Below, piece by piece: positions 30,640-39,407 of a stretch of DNA of 64,000 nt. Positions within the stretch are counted from its first letter, which is position 1; every line of letters starts with the position of its first letter. The stretch lies in the NCBI GenBank assembly GCA_963704655.1, contig OY969927.1, positions 672,001 through 736,000 on the forward strand, given 5' to 3'. The translations under genes were made by a program, and so were the position numbers. The DNA comes from an uncultured Candidatus Babeliaceae bacterium (GTDB lineage: Bacteria; Babelota; Babeliae; Babelales; Babelaceae). The notes below the pieces were generated by a model, which was not told where the DNA came from, made no database searches, and saw only the letters and a list, made by a program, of their open reading frames with translations.

Positions 30640-30744
30640 CGTTTATAAATAATTGATGGTATAAGAAAGTATAGCTTAAAAAAAAGTGTGCTTCGCCACA
30701 CCACAGTACGTGAAAACGTACGCACTGTTTAAAAAGGAGAGTAG

Positions 30745-32292
30745 ATGATGCGTAATATGCGCCTGTGTGCAAAGTTGTTCGTGAGTTTCAATACCCTCAT
30801 CCATGTACTTGTTTTTTTCACGAGCTTGCCATTATTTGCTCCCATCACCAACTTAACAAACAACGACGTATACCCCATGTATTCGCCCGTTTTTCCGTGT
30901 GATTACTTAACCAGAAACGAGCGGTACTACTATATCGACGGTTTAGATAGTTTTTGCCAAGAACGTCTTCAATTTTCTATTTCACCTTTTAGACAATCAG
31001 CAGACAAGGGCACAGACATCTGCAAAGTAAAAGGGCCACTGGGCAATCTTACTGGTCGCTGGAACATCCCCGCACTTTTTTATCCGCAACAATATGGTAC
31101 CCCAGAAGAAATAACACAAGTGCAAAGCAATCTTTTTGCAGCTCTTGATGCCGTTGGCCCAGCTACTTCTCCAGTTAGTGTTGATTTAACGACAACATGT
31201 TCTGCAATTATTAATCCGCTTTATAGTGATGTAAATAAACAGTTCGGTTTCTTTGATGTTGATATTAAATATCGCAAGTATGGCTTACGGTTCCAATTTG
31301 ATCTTTTACTCTATGACCCAATAGGGTTACGTTTTCAAACCGGTTTTGCAAATATTAAACAAATCCCCTATTTTACCGATTTGACCTGTTCTGCAACTGG
31401 TCTTGCATGCCCTGCAGGCTGCTCATCAACAGGATCAGCTGATCAAAGTTGTTGTGAAACTGGCTATACGCAGGGTGGCGCTGTTAGCCCATGCGTACAA
31501 AATACCGCCTGCATAGACATTTTTGGCTGCTATTGCAAACAGATTATGATCGATAAAGTCATGAAACAGATAGAAACGATTGCCGATACGCTTAACATGA
31601 ATATCGACAGAATGCAGAGCCAGGGCTTTGAAGATACTCGCGTTACGCTTTTCTTTAGACGCCCTTTTGCGATAAATGCAGACCGTGACGATTGGCACTT
31701 CTTTTTATGCACCCCATACATTACGCTTGATGCGAGCTTTCCAACAGGCAAAACCCCTAACCCAAGTAATTTATTTGCTGTACCGTTAGGAAATAAAGGG
31801 CACTTTGGTTTGGGGACAACAGGTGGCGTTACGTTTGATTTTGTAAAAACGGTTGAAGTCGGCTTTGAATTTAACGTGACACAATTTTTCCCAAAAACAC
31901 ATTCATGTGTGCCGGCACCAACTTATATAACTCAAGCGGGCATTTACCCAGAAACAATGACTGTAAAAGTGAGCCCAGGCTTAAATTGGAACGCCGTGTT
32001 TAGCATTAACGCCTATCATTTTTTAAGCAGAATCTCTGCGTTCTTCCAGTATGTATTTACAGGGCATGATGAAGATTGCTTTAAGATTTGCAGCGCTACA
32101 ACTGACCCGGCTAATATATCGATAAAACGATTAGTAGAAAATTCTAAATGGGAATCTAATGTGGTTAACGTGGGCATGACGTATGACATTTCGCCTAATT
32201 TGGCCCTTGGGTTCCTGTGGCAATCACCGTCTGCCCGACGCAATGCCTATAGATCAACAACCATTATGCTCTCTATTGTTGGAACATTTTAA
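30745..32292 (+). CDS. Putative Cys-rich outer-membrane beta-barrel protein (paralog of 9715..11595)
   Basis: Signal peptide; PLGNKGHFGLG; C-terminal SIVGTF. Confidence 0.6.
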   Translation: MMRNMRLCAKLFVSFNTLIHVLVFFTSLPLFAPITNLTNNDVYPMYSPVFPCDYLTRNERYYYIDGLDSFCQERLQFSISPFRQSADKGTDICKVKGPLGNLTGRWNIPALFYPQQYGTPEEITQVQSNLFAALDAVGPATSPVSVDLTTTCSAIINPLYSDVNKQFGFFDVDIKYRKYGLRFQFDLLLYDPIGLRFQTGFANIKQIPYFTDLTCSATGLACPAGCSSTGSADQSCCETGYTQGGAVSPCVQNTACIDIFGCYCKQIMIDKVMKQIETIADTLNMNIDRMQSQGFEDTRVTLFFRRPFAINADRDDWHFFLCTPYITLDASFPTGKTPNPSNLFAVPLGNKGHFGLGTTGGVTFDFVKTVEVGFEFNVTQFFPKTHSCVPAPTYITQAGIYPETMTVKVSPGLNWNAVFSINAYHFLSRISAFFQYVFTGHDEDCFKICSATTDPANISIKRLVENSKWESNVVNVGMTYDISPNLALGFLWQSPSARRNAYRSTTIMLSIVGTF

Positions 32293-32382
32293 CCGCTTGT
32301 CACTGGTCTTATGCCATGCTATACTATAATAAAATTCATAGTTTGAAATTTAATTAAAATAATCCTAAAAGGCATTTTTAGC

Positions 32383-32769
32383 ATGAATAAGCACTATTTT
32401 TTGATATTGTTAATTTTCTTTACAGCAACCGCTATAACCGAAATCAAGGGACAAGATATTCCTAGCGATCAAATCAAAGCTCAAGAAGAAAGCATAAAGC
32501 TCCTTTACGCACAACAAAGAAAAGATGGTATTGCTATGTTGAAACATGGCTTGGCATTCCTAGCAGGTTTTTTTTGGCTTGGCGAACAACAGTTAAAATA
32601 TGGACATCCGCTCAGATTTCCTGAAGATATGGCGCTCATGGCAATAGGGGGAATTACGCTCTATAATCTATGCAAGGCATACCACCATTGTTTTGAAGGG
32701 TTTGGGTGTGGTATTGAAATACATCTGATAGAGAAGGCATTGAAGAATTCAGCTAATACATCGGTTTAG
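32383..32769 (+). CDS. Secreted/membrane hypothetical protein
   Basis: Signal peptide plus two hydrophobic segments; own -10 (tataat). Confidence 0.6.
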   Translation: MNKHYFLILLIFFTATAITEIKGQDIPSDQIKAQEESIKLLYAQQRKDGIAMLKHGLAFLAGFFWLGEQQLKYGHPLRFPEDMALMAIGGITLYNLCKAYHHCFEGFGCGIEIHLIEKALKNSANTSV

Positions 32770-32841
32770 CCTAGACAAACATTCAATTTCGAGGTAAAAT
32801 CTAATAAGTATTAGTCAACCCCCAGCTTTATTTGTGAGTAT

Positions 32842-33051
32842 ATGACAAAAAAATTCAACATTAGCATTTCTGTAAACGATAATATCGAACGCGCGATCCG
32901 CCAACTTAAAAAGAAAATTGAACGTGAAGGTGTTGTTCGTGATATGAAACGTATTGTGTACCATGAACCACAAACACAAAAACGTCGTAAACGTTTAATG
33001 CGTGCGGTTAAACAAAACATGATCCGCATGTCTAACTTTAAAACCGTTTAA
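32842..33051 (+). CDS. rpsU: 30S ribosomal protein S21
   Basis: NIERAIRQLKKKIEREGVVRDMKR..YHEP..KRRK. Confidence 0.93.
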   Translation: MTKKFNISISVNDNIERAIRQLKKKIEREGVVRDMKRIVYHEPQTQKRRKRLMRAVKQNMIRMSNFKTV

Positions 33052-33053
33052 TA

Positions 33054-33440
33054 ATGACGATTCGCTCTGCATCAGATATTAAACGTTCACAAAAAGAATC
33101 CCTTCTTTTAAGAACAATAAGTCAGCTGTATCACCAGGTTTCTCGTGACGATAAAGCGTTGCAGCAAACTTATATTACACGTGTACAGCTTTCTCCAAGC
33201 AAAACCATCTGCACGGTATATTTTTATACCGCAGAAGGTGAAGAAGCCTACAATGCAATAAAGCAAAAACTTGCTTTATACAAACCTTCTATGCGTAAGG
33301 CGCTTGCCCAAGAGATTAATGGCCGCTATACCTGTGAACTTGCATTTAGATTCGATGACACGTTTGAAAAAACGCAAAAAATCGAACGCTTACTCGATGC
33401 TATAGCAGAAGAGGACAAAAATTTAGAACCACAAGAATGA
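33054..33440 (+). CDS. rbfA: Ribosome-binding factor A
   Basis: ITRVQLS, R.ALA..I..RY..EL.FRFD.T.E...KIERLL. Confidence 0.88.
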   Translation: MTIRSASDIKRSQKESLLLRTISQLYHQVSRDDKALQQTYITRVQLSPSKTICTVYFYTAEGEEAYNAIKQKLALYKPSMRKALAQEINGRYTCELAFRFDDTFEKTQKIERLLDAIAEEDKNLEPQE

Positions 33441-33904
33441 TTCAATACCTATTCTGGTCAATTTTTCTTATCGCACTTGTTGTAACTTTTTTTACCGATT
33501 ACTATTATCTGCTGATACATAGAGCAGCAACTATTTATCTTATTCCCCTCTTTTTATTTGGCGCATTTTTGTGCGCTACCCCCTGCACCTTACTGGAAGC
33601 ACTTTTAGGCTTTTTTGTTGGATATGGCTTTCTGTGGTGCTTTAAAACGTTTTATCTGTGGCACAGAAATATCGATGGCATTGGCCAGGGCGATTTAGAA
33701 CTTCTTGCAACAATCGGTTCATTTTTAGGACCCATGGGTGTTTTATACACCATTACTTTTGGCTCTATTATCGGCACCCTTATTGCTCTTATTATGCTTT
33801 TCACCAAACGCGCAGACGCACAAACCCAGCTCCCGTTTGGTTCATTTTTAGTTATCGGCTGTTTTATATACATCATATTAATAGCATTTACCAAATATCC
33901 CTGA
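33437..33904 (+). CDS. Prepilin peptidase (A24, peptidase domain only)
   Basis: TD, GIGQGDLELL, LPFGSFL. Confidence 0.85.
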   Translation: MIQYLFWSIFLIALVVTFFTDYYYLLIHRAATIYLIPLFLFGAFLCATPCTLLEALLGFFVGYGFLWCFKTFYLWHRNIDGIGQGDLELLATIGSFLGPMGVLYTITFGSIIGTLIALIMLFTKRADAQTQLPFGSFLVIGCFIYIILIAFTKYP

Positions 33905-34367
33905 AGATTTGATCTTTTGGATCATATGAGTAATGATTTACTAGAGTGAGATCAATTTTTTCCGAAAAAGGGATTAAATCTTCTGCCGTTAAAGTCTTAG
34001 AAGTATCACCGGCATAAGGAAAACAAACAATATGATTACCCTTATTATCCAAAAATAAAATGTAATACCGCCTAATCCCACCCCTCCATCTTCCAGGTGG
34101 ATGAACTATATCCGAATAAAGTTTGTACTTAACTGGACGTGGTTTTGGTGCTGAAGGATCAAGCATACATTTAAAAGATCCAGGACGATATTCTACTTTT
34201 TTTATAGGTTCCCCATCAAACGTATAAAATGTTGCATATAATTCTTTTGCATTTTGATCATAAACATAATAAGATGCACCCTTTACAATTGAGTCTTCTG
34301 ATGCATATAAAGATAAACACATTAATATAAAAAATCCTGAGATGATCTTATATACGTAATTATTCAT
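33888..34367 (-). CDS. Secreted hypothetical protein
   Basis: Signal peptide ending SLYA; no recognised domain. Confidence 0.6.
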   Translation of the reverse strand: MNNYVYKIISGFFILMCLSLYASEDSIVKGASYYVYDQNAKELYATFYTFDGEPIKKVEYRPGSFKCMLDPSAPKPRPVKYKLYSDIVHPPGRWRGGIRRYYILFLDNKGNHIVCFPYAGDTSKTLTAEDLIPFSEKIDLTLVNHYSYDPKDQIFRDIW

Positions 34368-34382
34368 AGTAAGGCCTCAATT

Positions 34383-34414
34383 AGATGGGTTCCTGGTCTC
34401 AGCCAGTAATGACA
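34383..34414 (-). repeat. Palindromic GTCA-tagged repeat (family B)
   Basis: Reverse strand tgtcattactggctgagaccaggaacccatct, imperfect hairpin. Confidence 0.5.
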
Positions 34415-34439
34415 CGGTGTTACGGAGTGCCTACTGTAT

Positions 34440-34889
34440 CTATGCCAAATCATCCTTAACAATCACGATCTCGCCTTTTTCATTAATCGTCAGTACATCA
34501 GGCTCGCCGTCATTATCAATATCCCCTGCGGCGGCAATGGTAAAGCCCTGTCCGCTGACAGAAGCGCCTGAAAGAGCCGAAGCCGGTGTACCAAAAGCGC
34601 CGACTACTGATGATCCAGGAAAGCCATATGTATAATTAACTTGGCCCTCTGGCTTCCAATTAAGACTGCTTGCCCCCTGAAGCTTATCACAATAGGCGCC
34701 ATGTTCGGCAAAATAAGACTTTTGTAACATATACAGAACCCGCAACTGAATATGGGCTTCTGAACGCTTTGCCTTTGCAAGAAATGTCATAAAATTTGGC
34801 AATGCCAAAACGGCAAAAAATGCTATTATTGCAATAACAATCATCACTTCGATTAAACTAAATCCACGACGAACCCCACAACGAACCAT
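34440..34889 (-). CDS. Type IV pilin
   Basis: RRG|FSLIEVMIVIAII class III signal; KAKRSEA; AGGAGG RBS. Confidence 0.92.
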   Translation of the reverse strand: MVRCGVRRGFSLIEVMIVIAIIAFFAVLALPNFMTFLAKAKRSEAHIQLRVLYMLQKSYFAEHGAYCDKLQGASSLNWKPEGQVNYTYGFPGSSVVGAFGTPASALSGASVSGQGFTIAAAGDIDNDGEPDVLTINEKGEIVIVKDDLA

Positions 34890-35133
34890 ATGAGCCTCCT
34901 GAGAGCTGGTGCGCAATGCGCACTACTTTAGATTTTTTTCTACTCAATCGAGCATACTCCATACACCCCCTAAAAGGTCAATAGTATCTATTTTTTTAAA
35001 ATATTATTTCTATTTGAAAACATTATAAGCCGACAGCCATTTAAAAATTGAATATTTTGACATAATTGATTTTAGTATGTACATTAGTAAATAATTGAAA
35101 AAGTTATTCCACAAATCCAAAAGGACATTAATT

Positions 35134-36564
35134 ATGGAAATTACCTCAACTACTGCCCGTAAAGAAGGCATAGCGCTAAAACAACGCAGCTACACAGATA
35201 TTGTTGAATATCTTGATAGCCACTGGTCTGTTGCCCGCCAAGATTCACTTGATCGCGTTAAAGCACTTGACCAAGCATTAAACAACCCTTCAAAATCAGT
35301 TCGCGCGATTTTGGTTGCCGGCTCAAATGGAAAAAGCTTAACGATCAACTTTGCAGCCAAGCTTCTTACGGCTGAAGGTTTAAAAGTTGGCGCTTATTAT
35401 GCTCCCCATGTTTTAACCTACCAAGAACGCTTTGCTCTTAATGAAACAACTATTTCACAAAAATTATTTACCGATATTGCAAATGAAGTTATCAATGCAG
35501 CTGAACAAGCATCTATTAATGCTAACAGCTCAGAACTTTTAGCAATAATGGCACTCAGCTATTTCAAACAAGAAAAAGTTGAAGTTGCACTTTTAGAAGT
35601 TGATAATGGCGGTTTAAACAACCCTGTTAATATCTGTAACGCATTAGTTGCGACTATTACCCGTATTGCAGAACCAACTGTTACCACAACCCCAGAAGAA
35701 CTTGAAGCGATTACGCGCCAAACAGTTGGTATCGTTAAAAAAGATACCTATTTAGTTTCTGGCGACCAAAGCAAAGCAGCGTTACATTTGATGCAAGAAC
35801 TTACTCAAGCGCAAGGTGGCCACTGGCTTATGCCTATTCGTAAAGTGGTTGCACTTGAATATCCATTTGAACAATTACATGGCCGCTGTGCAGCACTTGC
35901 TGAACGTATTGCTGTAACGTTTATTCAAAAATGCATGCCTGAAAAAAGAACTTCAAATCTTGACCTTGGCAGCACAGACAGCTTATTGGTAAAACAAAAA
36001 ATTCAACGTGGACGTCCTACTATTGAAGCTAAACGTCAACAAGAACTTAACCCACGCAAAACGGTTGAACAGTTCTGGAAAGAAGTTACTACCGATTTAC
36101 CAGGTAAGTTCCAAGTTCTTGATAAAGAAAAACCAACCGTGTTACTTGATAACGCACACAACATAGACGCATTTAAAAATCTTCTTCTTGGTGTACGTTT
36201 AATGCACTATCAACGTGCACTTAAAGGCTTAAGCGTTGTTATTGGCGCAGCAGCTGACACGTTGCATAATCAAGAGTTTGTAAAATTATTACGTTATTTC
36301 TTCAAAAAAACTTCCGGTCAACTTTTCTTGTGCCCTATCCAAGAAGCTGTTAAAGGCGTTGGTGAAAACAAATCATGGGATGTTGAACAAGTATTGCTTG
36401 ATATGAAGAAAATGAAAATCAAAGCAAAAGCGTGCAAAAACTTTGAAGATGCATTTGAACAGGCTAAAAAATCTGTTGATGATCGCCACGGACTTGTTGT
36501 TGTCACCGGTTCACATGCCGTTGTTAACGAGTTCTGGAACTACAAAGGCATCAAGAAATTCTAA
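35134..36564 (+). CDS. FolC/Mur-ligase-like protein (divergent)
   Basis: AGSNGKS, PHV..YQERF, LLDNAHN, VVTGS; several catalytic motifs altered. Confidence 0.75.
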   Translation: MEITSTTARKEGIALKQRSYTDIVEYLDSHWSVARQDSLDRVKALDQALNNPSKSVRAILVAGSNGKSLTINFAAKLLTAEGLKVGAYYAPHVLTYQERFALNETTISQKLFTDIANEVINAAEQASINANSSELLAIMALSYFKQEKVEVALLEVDNGGLNNPVNICNALVATITRIAEPTVTTTPEELEAITRQTVGIVKKDTYLVSGDQSKAALHLMQELTQAQGGHWLMPIRKVVALEYPFEQLHGRCAALAERIAVTFIQKCMPEKRTSNLDLGSTDSLLVKQKIQRGRPTIEAKRQQELNPRKTVEQFWKEVTTDLPGKFQVLDKEKPTVLLDNAHNIDAFKNLLLGVRLMHYQRALKGLSVVIGAAADTLHNQEFVKLLRYFFKKTSGQLFLCPIQEAVKGVGENKSWDVEQVLLDMKKMKIKAKACKNFEDAFEQAKKSVDDRHGLVVVTGSHAVVNEFWNYKGIKKF

Positions 36565-36580
36565 CACCTGGTTATTTGTT

Positions 36581-36610
36581 GGACCCCTGATGCAAGGGGT
36601 CCTTTTTTTT
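36581..36610 (+). terminator. Intrinsic terminator
   Basis: ggacccct-gatgca-aggggtcc followed by T8. Confidence 0.85.
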
Positions 36611-36623
36611 AGCAAACAACGCC

Positions 36624-36687
36624 GCCCGCATGGATTCGACCATGCTCACCACGAGCGGCCGCTCACACTGAGCGAAGTCGAAGTGTT
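36624..36687. repeat. Pair of family-A-related REP units in inverted orientation
   Basis: ttcgaccatgctcaccacgagcgg / ccgctcacactgagcgaagtcgaa. Confidence 0.75.
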
Positions 36688-36693
36688 AAAATC

Positions 36694-36930
36694 ATGAACT
36701 TAATTATCTTTTACACAGCAGTAATTATAATGGGCCTTGCAACGGGCAATCTTCAGTACCAAGCTCTTTCAAAAAATAAACCCACATTACTAATCGCAAC
36801 TCTTTTACTGCGCCTTACGCTCCTGGTTCTTGCCGGATGCGCAGTACCACTCTTGCACTTATCCCTGCTTCATTTTATACTCAGTATCATACTATTTTGG
36901 GGATGCTCGTTATGGTATGTAATCATATAG
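36694..36930 (+). CDS. Small membrane protein, AtpI-like by position
   Basis: Hydrophobic 78 aa with LLLRL, directly upstream of atpB. Confidence 0.5.
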   Translation: MNLIIFYTAVIIMGLATGNLQYQALSKNKPTLLIATLLLRLTLLVLAGCAVPLLHLSLLHFILSIILFWGCSLWYVII

Positions 36931-36950
36931 TGCTTTAAAAAATACGATAG

Positions 36951-36977
36951 AGATCCTGAAACACGTTCAGGATGACA
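36951..36977. repeat. Palindromic GTCA-tagged repeat
   Basis: agatcctgaa-acacg-ttcaggatgaca. Confidence 0.65.
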
Positions 36978-36999
36978 CAAGCTCACAGCGTGATTTATT

Positions 37000-37815
37000 A
37001 TGACAGGTTTAGATCTTTTTCATCATATTTACTGGCAACCCCTTGCATACTTCGGGATTACTCACCCATTTTTAACTATTCAATTAGATCTTATCTTTGC
37101 TACGTGGTTTGCACTTTTTTTATTACTTGTTTTTTCTCTGGTTGGCAGATACGCACTTAACCATCCAGAAAGTCTTTTACACACGGCGTACATGACCTTT
37201 ACCCGCAGTTTTATGGAGCTTGTTGCTCAGTCTTGGGGCGGCACGTGCCCAGAAAACTATTTTCTTGTCATTACCACTTTTTTTATCTTTATACTCACCT
37301 GCAATTGGTTCATGCTTATTGGCCTAGAAGAGCCGACGGCAAATTATAATACGACACTCGCGCTCGCATTACTGTCTTTTTTATATATTCAAAAAGAGTC
37401 AATAAAAAAGCATGGCGTGATAGCGTATCTGAACGAATACTTTAAAACACCATTACCCATCAGCAAATTTTCATGGCTTATGGCGCCCATTATTCTTGTA
37501 CAATATATACTCAACACCGCAGCAGCAGTAGCGCTATTTCCTATAGAGCTTATGAGTAAATTTTCTGGGGTTCTTTCTTTATCGTTTAGATTATTTGGCA
37601 ATATTTTAGCAGGTACTATTGTATTTGGGTTATGGAACTCCTTTATACATTCAACCTGGTACTTTCAGATCTTTGGGCTTGTCAGCGGCATCAACTTAGT
37701 AATACTTGGTTTTTTTGGCGTCTTTGAGGGTCTTATTCAAGCATTTGTATTTACTATTTTAACGACAACGTATCTTTCTCTTGCTACAACAAATCAACAA
37801 GAGGAGCCTGTATGA
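37000..37815 (+). CDS. atpB: F0F1 ATP synthase subunit a
   Basis: PTANYNTT.ALA, LSLSFRLFGNILAG, EGLIQAFVFTIL...Y. Confidence 0.96.
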   Translation: MTGLDLFHHIYWQPLAYFGITHPFLTIQLDLIFATWFALFLLLVFSLVGRYALNHPESLLHTAYMTFTRSFMELVAQSWGGTCPENYFLVITTFFIFILTCNWFMLIGLEEPTANYNTTLALALLSFLYIQKESIKKHGVIAYLNEYFKTPLPISKFSWLMAPIILVQYILNTAAAVALFPIELMSKFSGVLSLSFRLFGNILAGTIVFGLWNSFIHSTWYFQIFGLVSGINLVILGFFGVFEGLIQAFVFTILTTTYLSLATTNQQEEPV

Positions 37816-38750
37816 TGAATCTTGCAGCAGCACATTATAGCAGTATCGCCTTACTAATTACCCTTCCAGTTTTTGCAACGGCATTGGGCCAAGCACGCAT
37901 TGCCAAAGCTGCCTTTGCTGCCCTTAACCAGCAGCCTGCGCATGACACGGGGATAAAAAAATTATTCTTTGCTGGTATTGCACTCAGCGAAACCATAGCA
38001 TTAATTGCCGTGTTAACAACGGCATACTTATTCACCACACCACTTACTACAGATTTACAAATCTATGCACGCATAGGCACGTGCATGAGCATTATTGTTC
38101 CATGCGTTATTGTTGCATATTTTGGCAGCATGAGCATAGCGCAAGCTCTTGGTTCAGCAGCACGCCAGCCATTTTTAACCAATCAAATTTTAAGTTTTAT
38201 GCTTATCACGCAGTCACTTATGCAAACACCGGTTATTTTTTGTGCAATCTTTGGGCTGATTATTCAATATCAAGCAACAACCATTACGACCCTGCCTGCG
38301 GCATTACAATTATTAGCAGTAGGCCTTACACTCAGCTTGTCATGTATTGGACCATGTTTTGGGTTAAGTCACTTTATCGCACAAGCTTGCCATTCTTTAC
38401 GTCTAAATCGTATAGCATTTGCAAAACTTTTTTCATTTACCTTTATCACTCAAGCAATTATTGAAACACCCTTTTTATTTGGCCTTGCAACTGCTATTGT
38501 AATGCTCCAACTTCCCAATGTAACGTTGATGAAAAGTATTGCGCTATTATGCGCTGCCATTGCTCTTGGGGGAGCAACATTACCGGTCAGTATCGTATCT
38601 GCACAAGCATCCGCTAAGGTTCTTCAAGGAATCGCCCTTACGCCAGAAAATACTACACTTCTAAGCCGCTTCAGCCTCTTTTGCCAGGCGTTTATCGACA
38701 CCACCGCCGTTTACGGTCTTATTATTGCCCTCATGCTTATAATGTATTAA
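37812..38750 (+). CDS. atpE: ATP synthase subunit c, fourfold tandem fusion
   Basis: Four ~78-aa hairpin repeats (QQP/RQP loops; E60, Q138, E218, D296); overlaps the atpB stop. Confidence 0.85.
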   Translation: MMNLAAAHYSSIALLITLPVFATALGQARIAKAAFAALNQQPAHDTGIKKLFFAGIALSETIALIAVLTTAYLFTTPLTTDLQIYARIGTCMSIIVPCVIVAYFGSMSIAQALGSAARQPFLTNQILSFMLITQSLMQTPVIFCAIFGLIIQYQATTITTLPAALQLLAVGLTLSLSCIGPCFGLSHFIAQACHSLRLNRIAFAKLFSFTFITQAIIETPFLFGLATAIVMLQLPNVTLMKSIALLCAAIALGGATLPVSIVSAQASAKVLQGIALTPENTTLLSRFSLFCQAFIDTTAVYGLIIALMLIMY

Positions 38751-38823
38751 ATAACATTGAAAATAAGAAAATCTCTCGTATAAGCTTATAAAGAAATCGG
38801 TTTCTTACCTTAGGGCCTCTAGT

Positions 38824-39279
38824 ATGAAAATTCGCACATTAGCGTTATTTGTAATATGCACATTAAGCATGTGCCTGAATGCAACAAAAACCTATGGGCT
38901 TAAAGATACCGCCGGCAAAAATCCAGAAGAAATAAAACAATACATTGCAGAAAATCTTGAGTTTTTAAGAAAAACTAACACCTGCGTTGGGTGTTATCTA
39001 AAAGAAGCAAATCTTGCGGGTTGGAATTTACAACGGGCAAAACTTGCCGGAGCCATTTTGATAGGTATGCAAGCAACTGGAGCAAGTCTTAATAAAGCAG
39101 ATCTTACAGATGCAGATTGTACCGATGCAAAATTTAATGGCGCGGATCTTACAGGAATTAAAACTTCAGCTAAAACAAAATTTGATCACGCAGATCTTAC
39201 TAATACGGCATTAAATCCAGCATTTAAAAAAGATCCATATTCAAATAGCACAGTTTATAAAGAGATCACAAACTCTTAA
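38824..39279 (+). CDS. Secreted pentapeptide-repeat protein
   Basis: Signal peptide; CVGCYLKEANLAG..AKLAGA..ADLTDA. Confidence 0.9.
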   Translation: MKIRTLALFVICTLSMCLNATKTYGLKDTAGKNPEEIKQYIAENLEFLRKTNTCVGCYLKEANLAGWNLQRAKLAGAILIGMQATGASLNKADLTDADCTDAKFNGADLTGIKTSAKTKFDHADLTNTALNPAFKKDPYSNSTVYKEITNS

Positions 39280-39358
39280 TAGATTTTTTTTATTGCCATG
39301 TTTCTTATTTCGTTTTAACCTTCTTTGCGTTAATAAAAAATTAAATAATACTATTCTG

Positions 39359-39392
39359 CCGCTTAACCCTTCGACAGGCTCAGGATGAGCGG
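39359..39392 (-). repeat. REP-like repeat, family A
   Basis: ccgcttaacccttcgacaggctcaggatgagcgg. Confidence 0.85.
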
Positions 39393-39407
39393 CTAATTGG
39401 GAATACT

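Noticed and set aside
33888-33910. Possible pilin 3' remnant (ccaaatatccct vs ccaaatcatcct near 34445)
   Set aside because: About 12 nt, needs a gap, and lies within the prepilin peptidase coding end; not distinguishable from chance.
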